Source of the DNA: Elusimicrobia bacterium RIFOXYA2_FULL_47_53 | GTDB lineage: Bacteria; Elusimicrobiota; Endomicrobiia; Endomicrobiales; XYA2-FULL-47-53 | DNA: 64,000 bases | Direction: 5' to 3' | Assembly: GCA_001800315.1 (NCBI GenBank) | Contig: MGVE01000009.1 | Coordinates: 11,295 to 75,294, forward strand | Part shown: piece after piece, positions 40,101-46,808 of the stretch | How positions within the stretch are numbered: the stretch's first letter is position 1 | Layout of the letters: every line of letters starts with the position of its first letter | The notes under the pieces: generated by a model | What the model saw: the letters and a program-made list of their open reading frames with translations, nothing else | What the model was told of the DNA's origin: nothing | Database searches by the model: none | Program-made: the position numbers and the translations under genes

Positions 40101-40302
40101 CGCCGACAGGTATGATAAGATAGTTTGTGGTATCAGTAATTACAGAGAAGCCGCTTTGCGGAAAAATCACCTGAAAGAATAGAACCGTTGAAAATAAAAA
40201 AAATCCGTAAAGCTTTTTAGCGTGCTTTACAGGATAAAACAATGCTTTGAATTTCTTATGGAAACTTGCCAACGCCTTGCACCCCACGCTCTTATCCCCC
40301 AC
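37192..40302 (-). CDS. Large secreted glycine-rich beta-helix-like protein with an internal ~190-aa duplication and a C-terminal CARDB/DUF11-like domain
   Basis: 1036 aa. Hydrophobic signal-like segment KKLYGFFLFSTVLFFQVIFPQSG. Two modules with GGAGGGRI(K/A), GGGGSGG and ANGG.G motifs. C-terminal PGQTVTYTIEVKNNG. The start codon is uncertain (GTG at 40302, no early ATG). Confidence 0.65.
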   Translation of the reverse strand: MGDKSVGCKALASFHKKFKALFYPVKHAKKLYGFFLFSTVLFFQVIFPQSGFSVITDTTNYLIIPVGETYTSSGTHTYASFVQIDGTLNVRSYIGSGTSGWLELICSSITISATGKISADGAGYRGGNGSSIINGEGSGGGTAATCAGGAGYGGVGGIGIYRSWEAYGYGGISYGSIANPTDFGSGGGVGSGNAGGGAGGGRIKIVATGEIFNSGIITANGANGGANFPGYGGGGSGGCVYILANTLSGDGSIKANGGPGGDTYNGGGAGGRIALYYTTDNSAYAISAYSGNNDANRGGAGTIYKKSTSQSYGDVFVNNNNKIGGITYLCGQFDNIIAENKCVLQSTSTLTASALNLDNNGIFYSSGTSSIADLNLSNGATIYIGAGQFNITGAASINSSGVLYVNSGLTVNNMTVYSGGLVSHSAADPEFDITVNGNLTINSGGQINVNGMGYHGGDGVTYSNGEGAGGGTAGIDGAGGGYGGNGGTSSGAGGLSYGSMMSPSYLGSGGGVGNGLALGGAGGGKVKLTVDGTLTNDGAINANGFSGYHSGSNGGGGGSGGSIYIIADQFAGSGVINANGGNGDTGSSAGGGAGGRIAVFYNNSTYSGSINTTAGTGGNPEAEAGTKMVPTVSADSPSGISNSAVGHVSTSQLTETILVKTAKGSLTASGTLSGSINISTIAIVTINTGGYKDKGFYKGAWSGTLDGVNYQGQIYGMAYLNTTERKLYLKGVMEGVVDGSFDGCLLESLANSNTYDTLAATWSFRVNTTGGGSISSGRLRLVGSLTYDSQQEYANTGLNFLQTSAQGTLAGGYTGNIKTILTNVYINDTGNIYDKDGFTILSYQWGGLSGMGWGFADAISAEEITLKLMLDNPMFGTASGLLKNSTTKSMWFVVTKLDIGESPQPDIEVELFGPGAASPGQTVTYTIEVKNNGLAAATNKSIVLFPPVKCTYIAASGEHKKYDLSCWDENDNYYSSPVVRWNISLIDAKSVKKLNGKFKILWGLPQGTPLSADLYLLDNDAADGIFPTYNPDGDHD

Positions 40303-40320
40303 ACATTTTAGACACTTAGC

Positions 40321-40349
40321 TATATATAATAATCGCGTTTCATTGTCAA
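40321..40349 (-). promoter_or_regulatory. Sigma-70-type promoter for the three-gene secreted-protein operon
   Basis: The minus strand reads TTGACA (40349-40344), N17, TATATA (40326-40321). Confidence 0.65.
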
Positions 40350-40409
40350 ATATTTGTGCGCCCCCTAACCCTCAGACAGCACCTGAGGCGTGACGGCGAA
40401 GATTTTACC

Positions 40410-40761
40410 GTACCTGTAAAGTCACACTGAACGAAGTGAAGGGTCTCGTTTTTTATCCAACGACGAGATTCTTCTCTCCCTGCGGGAGATCAGAACAACG
40501 ACAACGACACAACGAGATTGCTTCGTTCCTCGCAATGACATCCTTTTGTGGATTCCGGACAGAACAATTCCGGAATGACAGCGTGTGGCGCTTTTGTGTC
40601 GTCATACCAGCGGACAGACTGTGTGGCAATGTCATCCTGCATGACAACAACTCAAAGCCCTCGTTAATGGCAGTTATGACACAGTCTGGGAAGCTGGTAT
40701 CCAGTGGTTTTTCTGGATCCCAGACTGGACATTTCCGGGATGACAGACTGGCTTTGTGATA
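40410..40761. repeat. Stem-loop module mosaic, locus D
   Basis: Modules at 40421-40467, 40465-40500 and 40547-40580. The arms ATACCAGC (40604-40611) and GCTGGTAT (40693-40700) enclose a 75-nt palindromic unit at 40614-40688. Confidence 0.9.
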
Positions 40762-41628
40762 TTAAGCCTTTAAAGGGCTTTTTTGCTTTCTCCACTTTTT
40801 AAGTTTTGAAAGATTTTCAAGATCCGCGGTTTCGGAATCCTTCGGCGTTTCAAGAATGCCCGCCTCGGCAATATCCTTGACGCGTTCAATAAAATACTTG
40901 AAACCTTCCGCCCCTATATAACCTTTCGCTATGTGTTCGTGCCTGTCTCTCCGCGAGGAAAGCGGAGCCATTGAATCGTTGAAATGAACGCACTTTAAAT
41001 ATTTAAGCCCTATCAGGGAATCAAATTCCGAGAGAGCCTTGTCTATGCCTTTCGCGCAGGATATATCGTAACCGGCGGCGAAAGCGTGCGCGGTGTCAAA
41101 ACAGACCCCGATTCGTTTCTTATTTTTTATGCCGTCAATCATTGCGGCAATCTCTTGAAAGGCGCTCCCCATTCTTCTGCCGCCTCCGGCCGTGTTTTCC
41201 AAAAGCAGGGAGACATCGCCGGCTGACTCTTCAAAAGCCTTATTGACGGCATCCACGACTTTTTTGATGCCGGTTTCGCGGGTCGCGGTTTCGGAATACG
41301 CGCCGGGATGAATTACAAGGTAATCGGCACGCAAAATATCGGAAACGGTAAGGTCGTCAATAAGCGCCTTTAAGGACATTGCGTAGAGTTTTTGCTTTGA
41401 GGTCGCAATATTTGGCAGGTAAGGAGTATGCACGACAAGCGGAGCTATCCCGCTCCGGTTCCGGGAAGCCTTAAATTCCCTGATATCTCCCTCGGGCGGC
41501 ATTGTCATGCGCCACATGCGAGGGCTTCTGGTAAATATCTGCATGGCTTCGCATTCAATATTTTTGGCTTCCTCAAGCGCGCCCGGCAGGCCTTTCCTTA
41601 ACGAACAGTGAACTCCGAATCTGATCAT
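40762..41628 (-). CDS. nfo: Endonuclease IV (AP endonuclease family 2)
   Basis: 288 aa TIM-barrel with VVHTPYLPN, LVIHPG, LLENTAG, CFDTAH and HFNDS. Confidence 0.9.
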   Translation of the reverse strand: MIRFGVHCSLRKGLPGALEEAKNIECEAMQIFTRSPRMWRMTMPPEGDIREFKASRNRSGIAPLVVHTPYLPNIATSKQKLYAMSLKALIDDLTVSDILRADYLVIHPGAYSETATRETGIKKVVDAVNKAFEESAGDVSLLLENTAGGGRRMGSAFQEIAAMIDGIKNKKRIGVCFDTAHAFAAGYDISCAKGIDKALSEFDSLIGLKYLKCVHFNDSMAPLSSRRDRHEHIAKGYIGAEGFKYFIERVKDIAEAGILETPKDSETADLENLSKLKKWRKQKSPLKA

Positions 41629-41852
41629 TTCGTATTATCCTTAAGCGGTTTCAGCATGTTTTCCAGTCCGCCCTCTTTTAATTCAAGTATTTCTTTCATC
41701 AGCGCGCCCAGCCGGCCCTTGGGAAACCCTTTTCTCGCAAACCAGATAAAATAATGCTCAGGCACATCAATAAGCCGCCAGTTGGAATATTTTCCAAAAG
41801 GCATACGCGCGTTGGCGAGATCAATGAGGTGCTTTTTGTCCATATCAACCAT
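41625..41852 (-). CDS. DUF3820 family protein
   Basis: 75 aa. MPFGKYSNWRLIDVPEHYFIWFARKGFPKGRLG matches the DUF3820 pattern. ATGA overlap with nfo. Confidence 0.7.
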   Translation of the reverse strand: MVDMDKKHLIDLANARMPFGKYSNWRLIDVPEHYFIWFARKGFPKGRLGALMKEILELKEGGLENMLKPLKDNTK

Positions 41853-42267
41853 ATTGCCGTATATGATACTCTTTTATGAGCATAAGATAAAGGCTGGCAA
41901 CTGACGGGCATGAAGGTTGTGAGGCAGGATATACCGGGGGAGGCGTAAAAGCTGGCGGACTGCTTTATACTATCGTAATAGGGTTAACCGTGTGAGAATA
42001 AAATATAATCTGGAGTAAGGAGTGTTTATAATTTGGGCGAGTTTTCTAAAACATTAAAAATATCGGGATTATTTAATGCCTCGGTCAAATCTTTTTTTGT
42101 CATAAAACCATTGTTTTTAAAGTAAGAAAGTTGTTTGTATTTTTGTTGGCTACTATGGTTCGACTTATCAATCACTCGCCTTAGCTTCTTTCCCCATAGG
42201 TTCCTATTATGTCTTTGTTTGGCGATTAGCCAATAATGAGCCCTTTGTTAGCCGTATTAGCCGATTA

Positions 42268-43629
42268 TTAGCCCTTTAGCTTGTATATAGTTCCCCGACC
42301 GGTTACCCCTACCCTGACAAGAACTTGCTTGCTAACCATATCTTTTAGGTCAATAGTAGCCATAGGTTTTGAAATATCCGTCAATTCTTGATATTGCTTA
42401 TTCGTTATCTTTCCTTTTTCTTTAACATAGGCGACAGCTTTTATCTGTCTTTCGTTAAGGCCAAGCTTTTGCAAGTTCTCTTCAGTATGGGTGTCCTTTG
42501 AGAATGTTATCTGAAAGCCTTTTTGGCGTTCTTTTATGGCCGGGATAGGAACTTCTGCATCGTTGCATAGATGAACCATTTTACCTATACCGCTCCCCCA
42601 CTGTTCAATGAATTCAATGTCAAAGAAGACCTTTGCAATTCCCTTGTTTCGTGTATCGGAATCATGCGTCTTAAATAAATCTTCTACGGAAACATTAGGT
42701 GCTAATCCTCCGGGATTCCATATCTCAAGCCGGTCATCGTGTATTCGTACGCTTATATTGGAAGAAACGAGATAATCTCTGTGACATACGGCATTGATAA
42801 GAGCTTCCCTAATAGCGTCAAGCGGATAATCCCAAACATTTTTACGCCGCGGCTCGCCAGTCATTACAAATTTAACGCTTATGTTCTTTTTGATAAAATC
42901 CATCGCCAAATCTACCTGGTCAATTAATGTTCCCTCAACCATGTCATCATCAATTACAAGCGACTCATTCTTGAATCTTCCGCAATGGATTACTGCCTGT
43001 TGTACATACCTCATCGGACGCTTGCCAAAAAGAAGCAGGGCGGCCCAGGCAGGAACACCATCTTTGATAAACTCAAGTTTTTTCAATATCTCTAAGACAG
43101 TTTCATCTTTGGGGATTTTTCGGCGGCCGGTTTCATTGGCAGTATCTCTATATGCAAACACTTTTTTTTCATCTATGTCTTTTAAGGAATATCCTGCGGC
43201 TTGAGTTAAATCCCAGCTCATATCAAGCGACTTATAGTGCATATCGGCGATTTCTTGCGGGGTCATCAAGCGGTTGCTGTTCTTAACCCTTCTAAAGCAC
43301 TTACCCTTAATAGCTACGGGCTTAATGGGGCATTCTTTAATAGTGATAACTGCGATGATTTTATTGTCAACGGTAAGTTGCTCTACATCGGGGATTACGC
43401 GGGGATTGCTTGCTTGGGTGATCTGGTTTATCCAATCGTTTATGGTTTCTTTGCCAATCTGAATTCCTTTTATTGTGCCATTGTCTGAGACACCTACTAT
43501 AATGGTACCGCCTTTGGAATTAGAAAACGCCCCGGCAGTTTCTACGGCCTCTCTGTCGAAGCTTTCTTTGAAGTCCAATGTCTCGGACTCACCCTTGCTA
43601 ATGATTACTTTAAGTTCTTCCGGTGTCAT
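42268..43629 (-). CDS. AlbA_2 (Schlafen-like) + HATPase_c_4 + wHTH protein (often annotated RecG-like putative DNA-binding protein)
   Basis: 453 aa. GESETLDFKESF...AFSNSKGGTIIVGV (AlbA_2), REALINAVCHRDY...RLEIWNPGGL (HATPase_c_4-like), and a C-terminal wHTH. The sampled line gives ~38% GC. Confidence 0.75.
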   Translation of the reverse strand: MTPEELKVIISKGESETLDFKESFDREAVETAGAFSNSKGGTIIVGVSDNGTIKGIQIGKETINDWINQITQASNPRVIPDVEQLTVDNKIIAVITIKECPIKPVAIKGKCFRRVKNSNRLMTPQEIADMHYKSLDMSWDLTQAAGYSLKDIDEKKVFAYRDTANETGRRKIPKDETVLEILKKLEFIKDGVPAWAALLLFGKRPMRYVQQAVIHCGRFKNESLVIDDDMVEGTLIDQVDLAMDFIKKNISVKFVMTGEPRRKNVWDYPLDAIREALINAVCHRDYLVSSNISVRIHDDRLEIWNPGGLAPNVSVEDLFKTHDSDTRNKGIAKVFFDIEFIEQWGSGIGKMVHLCNDAEVPIPAIKERQKGFQITFSKDTHTEENLQKLGLNERQIKAVAYVKEKGKITNKQYQELTDISKPMATIDLKDMVSKQVLVRVGVTGRGTIYKLKG

Positions 43630-43781
43630 AGTTACCCTACGAATATGATTTTACATTTTTTATATGTCTTTGGCAACAAAACGCAAAATACGGATAGACT
43701 AATTCTCAGACAGAGCCGGGGCTAAGACTGGGCTTAAAATCGGGCTTTTTCAATTGACTCAAATATTGTATAATCTGCCCT

Positions 43782-45614
43782 ATGAACACAAGAATACTGT
43801 TTCTGGCCTATGTTTTACTATCCCATTTTGCCGCGACTGCGTGTTTCGCGTCGGAAGGCACGGCTGACGAAAAGGCGTTGCCGGCAACAAAGAGCTACGC
43901 CGGCGCGGGTATTCCGTTTAATATAGCCCATCCGAAAGAAGGCCAGCAGCTGCCATACCTGAAATCTTCCTTTGTTTTCGGTTCCGCCGATCCGCGCGGC
44001 AAACTCTACATTAACGGCGCGGAGACTCCAATCTTTGAAAGCGGCGGATTTCTTGCCATGGTTCCATATTCAACCGGAACTTTCTCAATAATCGCCGAAC
44101 TGAAAATATTTGAGAGCTCCAAAACAATTACAAGAACTATATTTGTGGCTCCCCCCGCGGAAACACCTCCCGCCTCGCCCTTAACCCTTATTTCGTCTAA
44201 ACCGGAAATGGACTTATCTCTCAGGACGGGAGAAACATTTATTATTGAATGCAGGGGCAGCCCCGGGGCTAATGCATTGGCCAAAATTAAAGGCTCCAAA
44301 GGAGTAATTAATTTAAGCGAAACGGCACCAGGCTCCGGGATTTACCGTTTTCTTTACAGGATTAAGCCGGGCGATAATTTCAAGGACTCCGAGATCTCCG
44401 TAACGCTTGAGAATAAAAAGGGCAGAAAATCCATTGTCGCCTCCGGAAAAATATCTAAACTTGAACCGGATTCGTTCTGGCAGGCGGAGGTTTCAGCCGA
44501 TAACGCTGTTGTCCGTTCCGGTTACGCTTTAACGCCTGCGGATAAGGCGGGATATGTTTTATTTCCTCCCCAGGGAACAAAGTTTCTTGTCACGGGCAGG
44601 CGCGGCCAGGAACTGGAAGTGCGTTTAAATCAGGCCCGCAGCGGCTGGATCGGAGAAACCGAGGTCAGGCCCGCCGGCCATAGCACCCCCAGGATAACCA
44701 GCGGCAATTTAATTGTCAGCTACCAAAAACCGAATTCGCTGCTGCGCTTATATCTTGGCGCGAAGCCGCCCTTTGAAGTTACGGCTTCTCCCGCGGAGGA
44801 CAAGATTGACATAAGGTTTTTCGGAGTGGTTTCAAACACGGACTGGATAAATTACGAGTCCACTTCTTCCATAATAAGTTTTGTTGAGTGGTTTCAGGAT
44901 GACACGGAGACATTCCGAGTGACACTGCACTTAAAAGAGACTAACTGGTGGGGCTACGACGCGAGGTTTGAAAACGGAAGTTTTGTTTTTGAGATCCGCC
45001 GGCCCGAAAAAATCCCGGCCGCTGATTCAACCCTAAAAGGCATTATGGTAGCCATTGACGCGGGACACGGGCCCGAAACAGGGGCCGTGGGCCCAACGGG
45101 CCTTGAAGAAAAAAATGTAAACCTTAGTATCGCGCTTTCGCTTGAAAAAATGCTTTTAGCACAGGGGGCGGAAGTAACTATGATTCGCAGAGGGAATGAA
45201 CCGGTAAGCCTTTACGATAGAATAAGAAAAGCCCAGAACATCAAAGCCGATATGCTGATAAGCATCCACAACAACGCGCTTCCCGAGGGGCAGAACCCGC
45301 TGGTAAAAAACGGGTTCGGCGCGTATTATTACTACCCGCAAAGTTTCGCGCTTGCCCAGGAGATTCATGATTCTCTGGCAAAAGCATTTTCTTCTTCATA
45401 TTCAAAGTACCCGCTGAGAGACGACGGACTTTACTACGGCAACCTCGCTCTCGCCAGGGTTCCGCAGATGCCTGCGGTGCTTGTTGAGTGCGCTTACATA
45501 ATCGTGCCGCGCGAGGAATCGCTGCTTAGAAACGCGGGATTTCAAAATGCCTGCGCGCAGGCTATAACTTCCGGTATAAAAAAGTTTGTCGCGGCTAAGA
45601 AAAAGCGGAAGTAA
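43782..45614 (+). CDS. N-acetylmuramoyl-L-alanine amidase (Amidase_3) with a long N-terminal domain
   Basis: 610 aa. Signal peptide and a C-terminal IMVAIDAGHGPETGAVGP...ADMLISIHNNA amidase_3 core. Confidence 0.88.
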   Translation: MNTRILFLAYVLLSHFAATACFASEGTADEKALPATKSYAGAGIPFNIAHPKEGQQLPYLKSSFVFGSADPRGKLYINGAETPIFESGGFLAMVPYSTGTFSIIAELKIFESSKTITRTIFVAPPAETPPASPLTLISSKPEMDLSLRTGETFIIECRGSPGANALAKIKGSKGVINLSETAPGSGIYRFLYRIKPGDNFKDSEISVTLENKKGRKSIVASGKISKLEPDSFWQAEVSADNAVVRSGYALTPADKAGYVLFPPQGTKFLVTGRRGQELEVRLNQARSGWIGETEVRPAGHSTPRITSGNLIVSYQKPNSLLRLYLGAKPPFEVTASPAEDKIDIRFFGVVSNTDWINYESTSSIISFVEWFQDDTETFRVTLHLKETNWWGYDARFENGSFVFEIRRPEKIPAADSTLKGIMVAIDAGHGPETGAVGPTGLEEKNVNLSIALSLEKMLLAQGAEVTMIRRGNEPVSLYDRIRKAQNIKADMLISIHNNALPEGQNPLVKNGFGAYYYYPQSFALAQEIHDSLAKAFSSSYSKYPLRDDGLYYGNLALARVPQMPAVLVECAYIIVPREESLLRNAGFQNACAQAITSGIKKFVAAKKKRK

Positions 45615-45696
45615 AAATAATTCGGATCACTCTGAAGGGTTTGGAAGGTTATATTTAAGGGACTTCCCTTTTTAGAAAGTCCCCAAAATACAAATT

Positions 45697-45741
45697 TTAT
45701 TTCTTTTTCGCTTTCTTTTTTGCTTTTTTCTTTGCAGCCAT
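45697..45741 (-). CDS. Candidate 14-codon micro-ORF MAAKKKAKKKAKKK
   Basis: ATG at complement(45739..45741), preceded by GGAGGTGAT with 8 nt between GGAGG and the ATG. Stop TAA at 45697-45699. Too short for the ORF track. Confidence 0.35.
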   Translation of the reverse strand: MAAKKKAKKKAKKK

Positions 45742-45775
45742 CCCGATCACCTCCCTGTTGTGACACTTATCGGAA

Positions 45776-45880
45776 ATAAAAAAGCCACGCAATAAAACTG
45801 CGCGGCCAATGCTATCGGGTTATTTTCGTCGTAATTATTTCTATTCGAAAAATTGTCATTCATGCCCCTTTCAAGTTTCT
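45776..45880 (-). ncRNA. Candidate ~105-nt small RNA (promoter-to-terminator unit)
   Basis: Promoter TTGTTA (45915-45910), N17, TATAAT (45892-45887), with a predicted start near 45880. Internal 6-bp stem 45846-45851/45823-45828. Terminator GCCGCGCA-GTTTTAT-TGCGTGGC (45806-45784) plus TTTTTTATTT. Confidence 0.45.
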
Positions 45881-45886
45881 GAAATA

Positions 45887-45915
45887 ATTATACATCATAT
45901 TTTTTAATATAACAA
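45887..45915 (-). promoter_or_regulatory. Sigma-70-type promoter of the candidate sRNA
   Basis: The minus strand reads TTGTTA-N17-TATAAT inside a very AT-rich stretch (45840-45960). Confidence 0.55.
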
Positions 45916-45984
45916 TAATTTATTTTAAATTTTTTATTTATTTTTTGTGTTTGCGCGCGAACCTGGGCAGTTCTCCGGTAAGAA

Positions 45985-46593
45985 GGCGGGGTTATTCTGA
46001 TTATAACTTTCTTTGAACGCGCAAAGATAGTAAGTAAAGAAACTTGCGACGCCTCACCATCTCGGACCGGCCGTCATTCCAGAAATGTTCTGTCTGGAAT
46101 CCAGAACAATGGCATTTTATTAATGACTCAAAGAAGTGGATCCCAGACTACTACCTCTGGGATGACGACACAAACTAGTCTGTCATCCCTACCCCCGATT
46201 GCGGCACTTGAGGGCAAACTCCAGCAGGGATCCAGAAAAACCTCTGGATACCAGCTTCTGCTGGTATGACGACACGAAGAAGTTCGCCGTTCACTTATAA
46301 CTTGAGTCAATTGAAAAAGTGTTTCAGGCCGTCTTTGCGAGGAGCGCAACGACGCGGCAATCTCGTCGTTCCCGACGGAAAAGCGAGATTGCTTCACCCT
46401 GCGGGCTCGCAATGACAGGGTCTAATTAAGGGTTTTTCAATTGACTCAACTTACAACTTACATCTTAAAACTTATTACTTAAAATATTCTGTCCGGAATC
46501 CACAAACGCCGTCATTGTGATCTTCCGCAGGGAGATAATATTCTCGTCGTTTGAGGAAAAACGAGACCCTTCACTTCGCTCAGGGTGACTTTA
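45985..46593. repeat. Stem-loop module mosaic, locus E (mostly inverted copies)
   Basis: 46071-46172 is the reverse complement of 5263-5365 (10 mismatches in ~101 nt by hand). 46228-46273, 46511-46551 and 46543-46589 are inverted copies of modules seen at loci B, D and F. Confidence 0.9.
46302..46449. mobile_element. 148-bp MITE-like unit bounded by 18-20-bp TIRs (TTGAGTCAATTGAAAAAG / GGGTTTTTCAATTGACTCAA)
   Basis: Left TIR 46302-46319, right TIR 46430-46449 (reverse complement, 1-2 mismatches). The interior carries hairpin modules and has no coding capacity. Confidence 0.6.
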
Positions 46594-46660
46594 TATGTCT
46601 GATGAAATCTTCACCGGCAGGCATGGGCTCTATCCGAGGATTAGGGGATCTGGAGTATGC

Positions 46661-46689
46661 TTGACTAAAACCTGCTATTTATATAGAAT
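46661..46689 (+). promoter_or_regulatory. Sigma-70-type promoter ~345 nt upstream of tRNA-Leu
   Basis: TTGACT (46661-46666), N17, TAGAAT (46684-46689). Confidence 0.55.
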
Positions 46690-46808
46690 CTCACAGTCAA
46701 GCCGAATTGAAAACTATAACAATATATGTATGCCGAGGTGTCCGCCACTACTGCGGGCGGATTTGCTTCACCAACTGCTTCCGCAGTTGGTTCCTTGAAT
46801 ATTATAGA

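Noticed and set aside
41990-42267. A stop-free minus-strand frame downstream of the AlbA_2 gene (QRAHYWLIAKQRHNRNLWGKKLRRVIDKSNHSSQQKYKQLSYFKNNGFMTKKDLTEALNNPDIFNVLENSPKL), and a plus-strand 30-codon TTG-initiated ORF (42033-42125) preceded by TATAAT (42004-42009) and AAGGAG (42017-42022).
   Set aside because: The minus-strand frame has no start codon until near its end and looks like a decayed gene fragment. The plus-strand mini-ORF relies on a TTG start and has no supporting evidence. Both are noted only as part of the islet description.
45542-45766. Track ORF of 74 aa on the minus strand covering the micro-ORF region.
   Set aside because: It has a GTG start, an implausible composition and a different frame from the SD-preceded polylysine micro-ORF. 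It runs through two hairpins and into the amidase gene end.
46732-46740. A 9-nt match (GCCGAGGTG) to the 5' end of tRNA-Leu, 300 nt upstream of the tRNA. This raised the idea of a tRNA pseudogene or an attachment-site duplication.
   Set aside because: Only 9 nt match, which is about what chance gives in 64 kb. The downstream sequence cannot form a cloverleaf (no T arm). Integrative elements normally duplicate tRNA 3' ends, not 5' ends.
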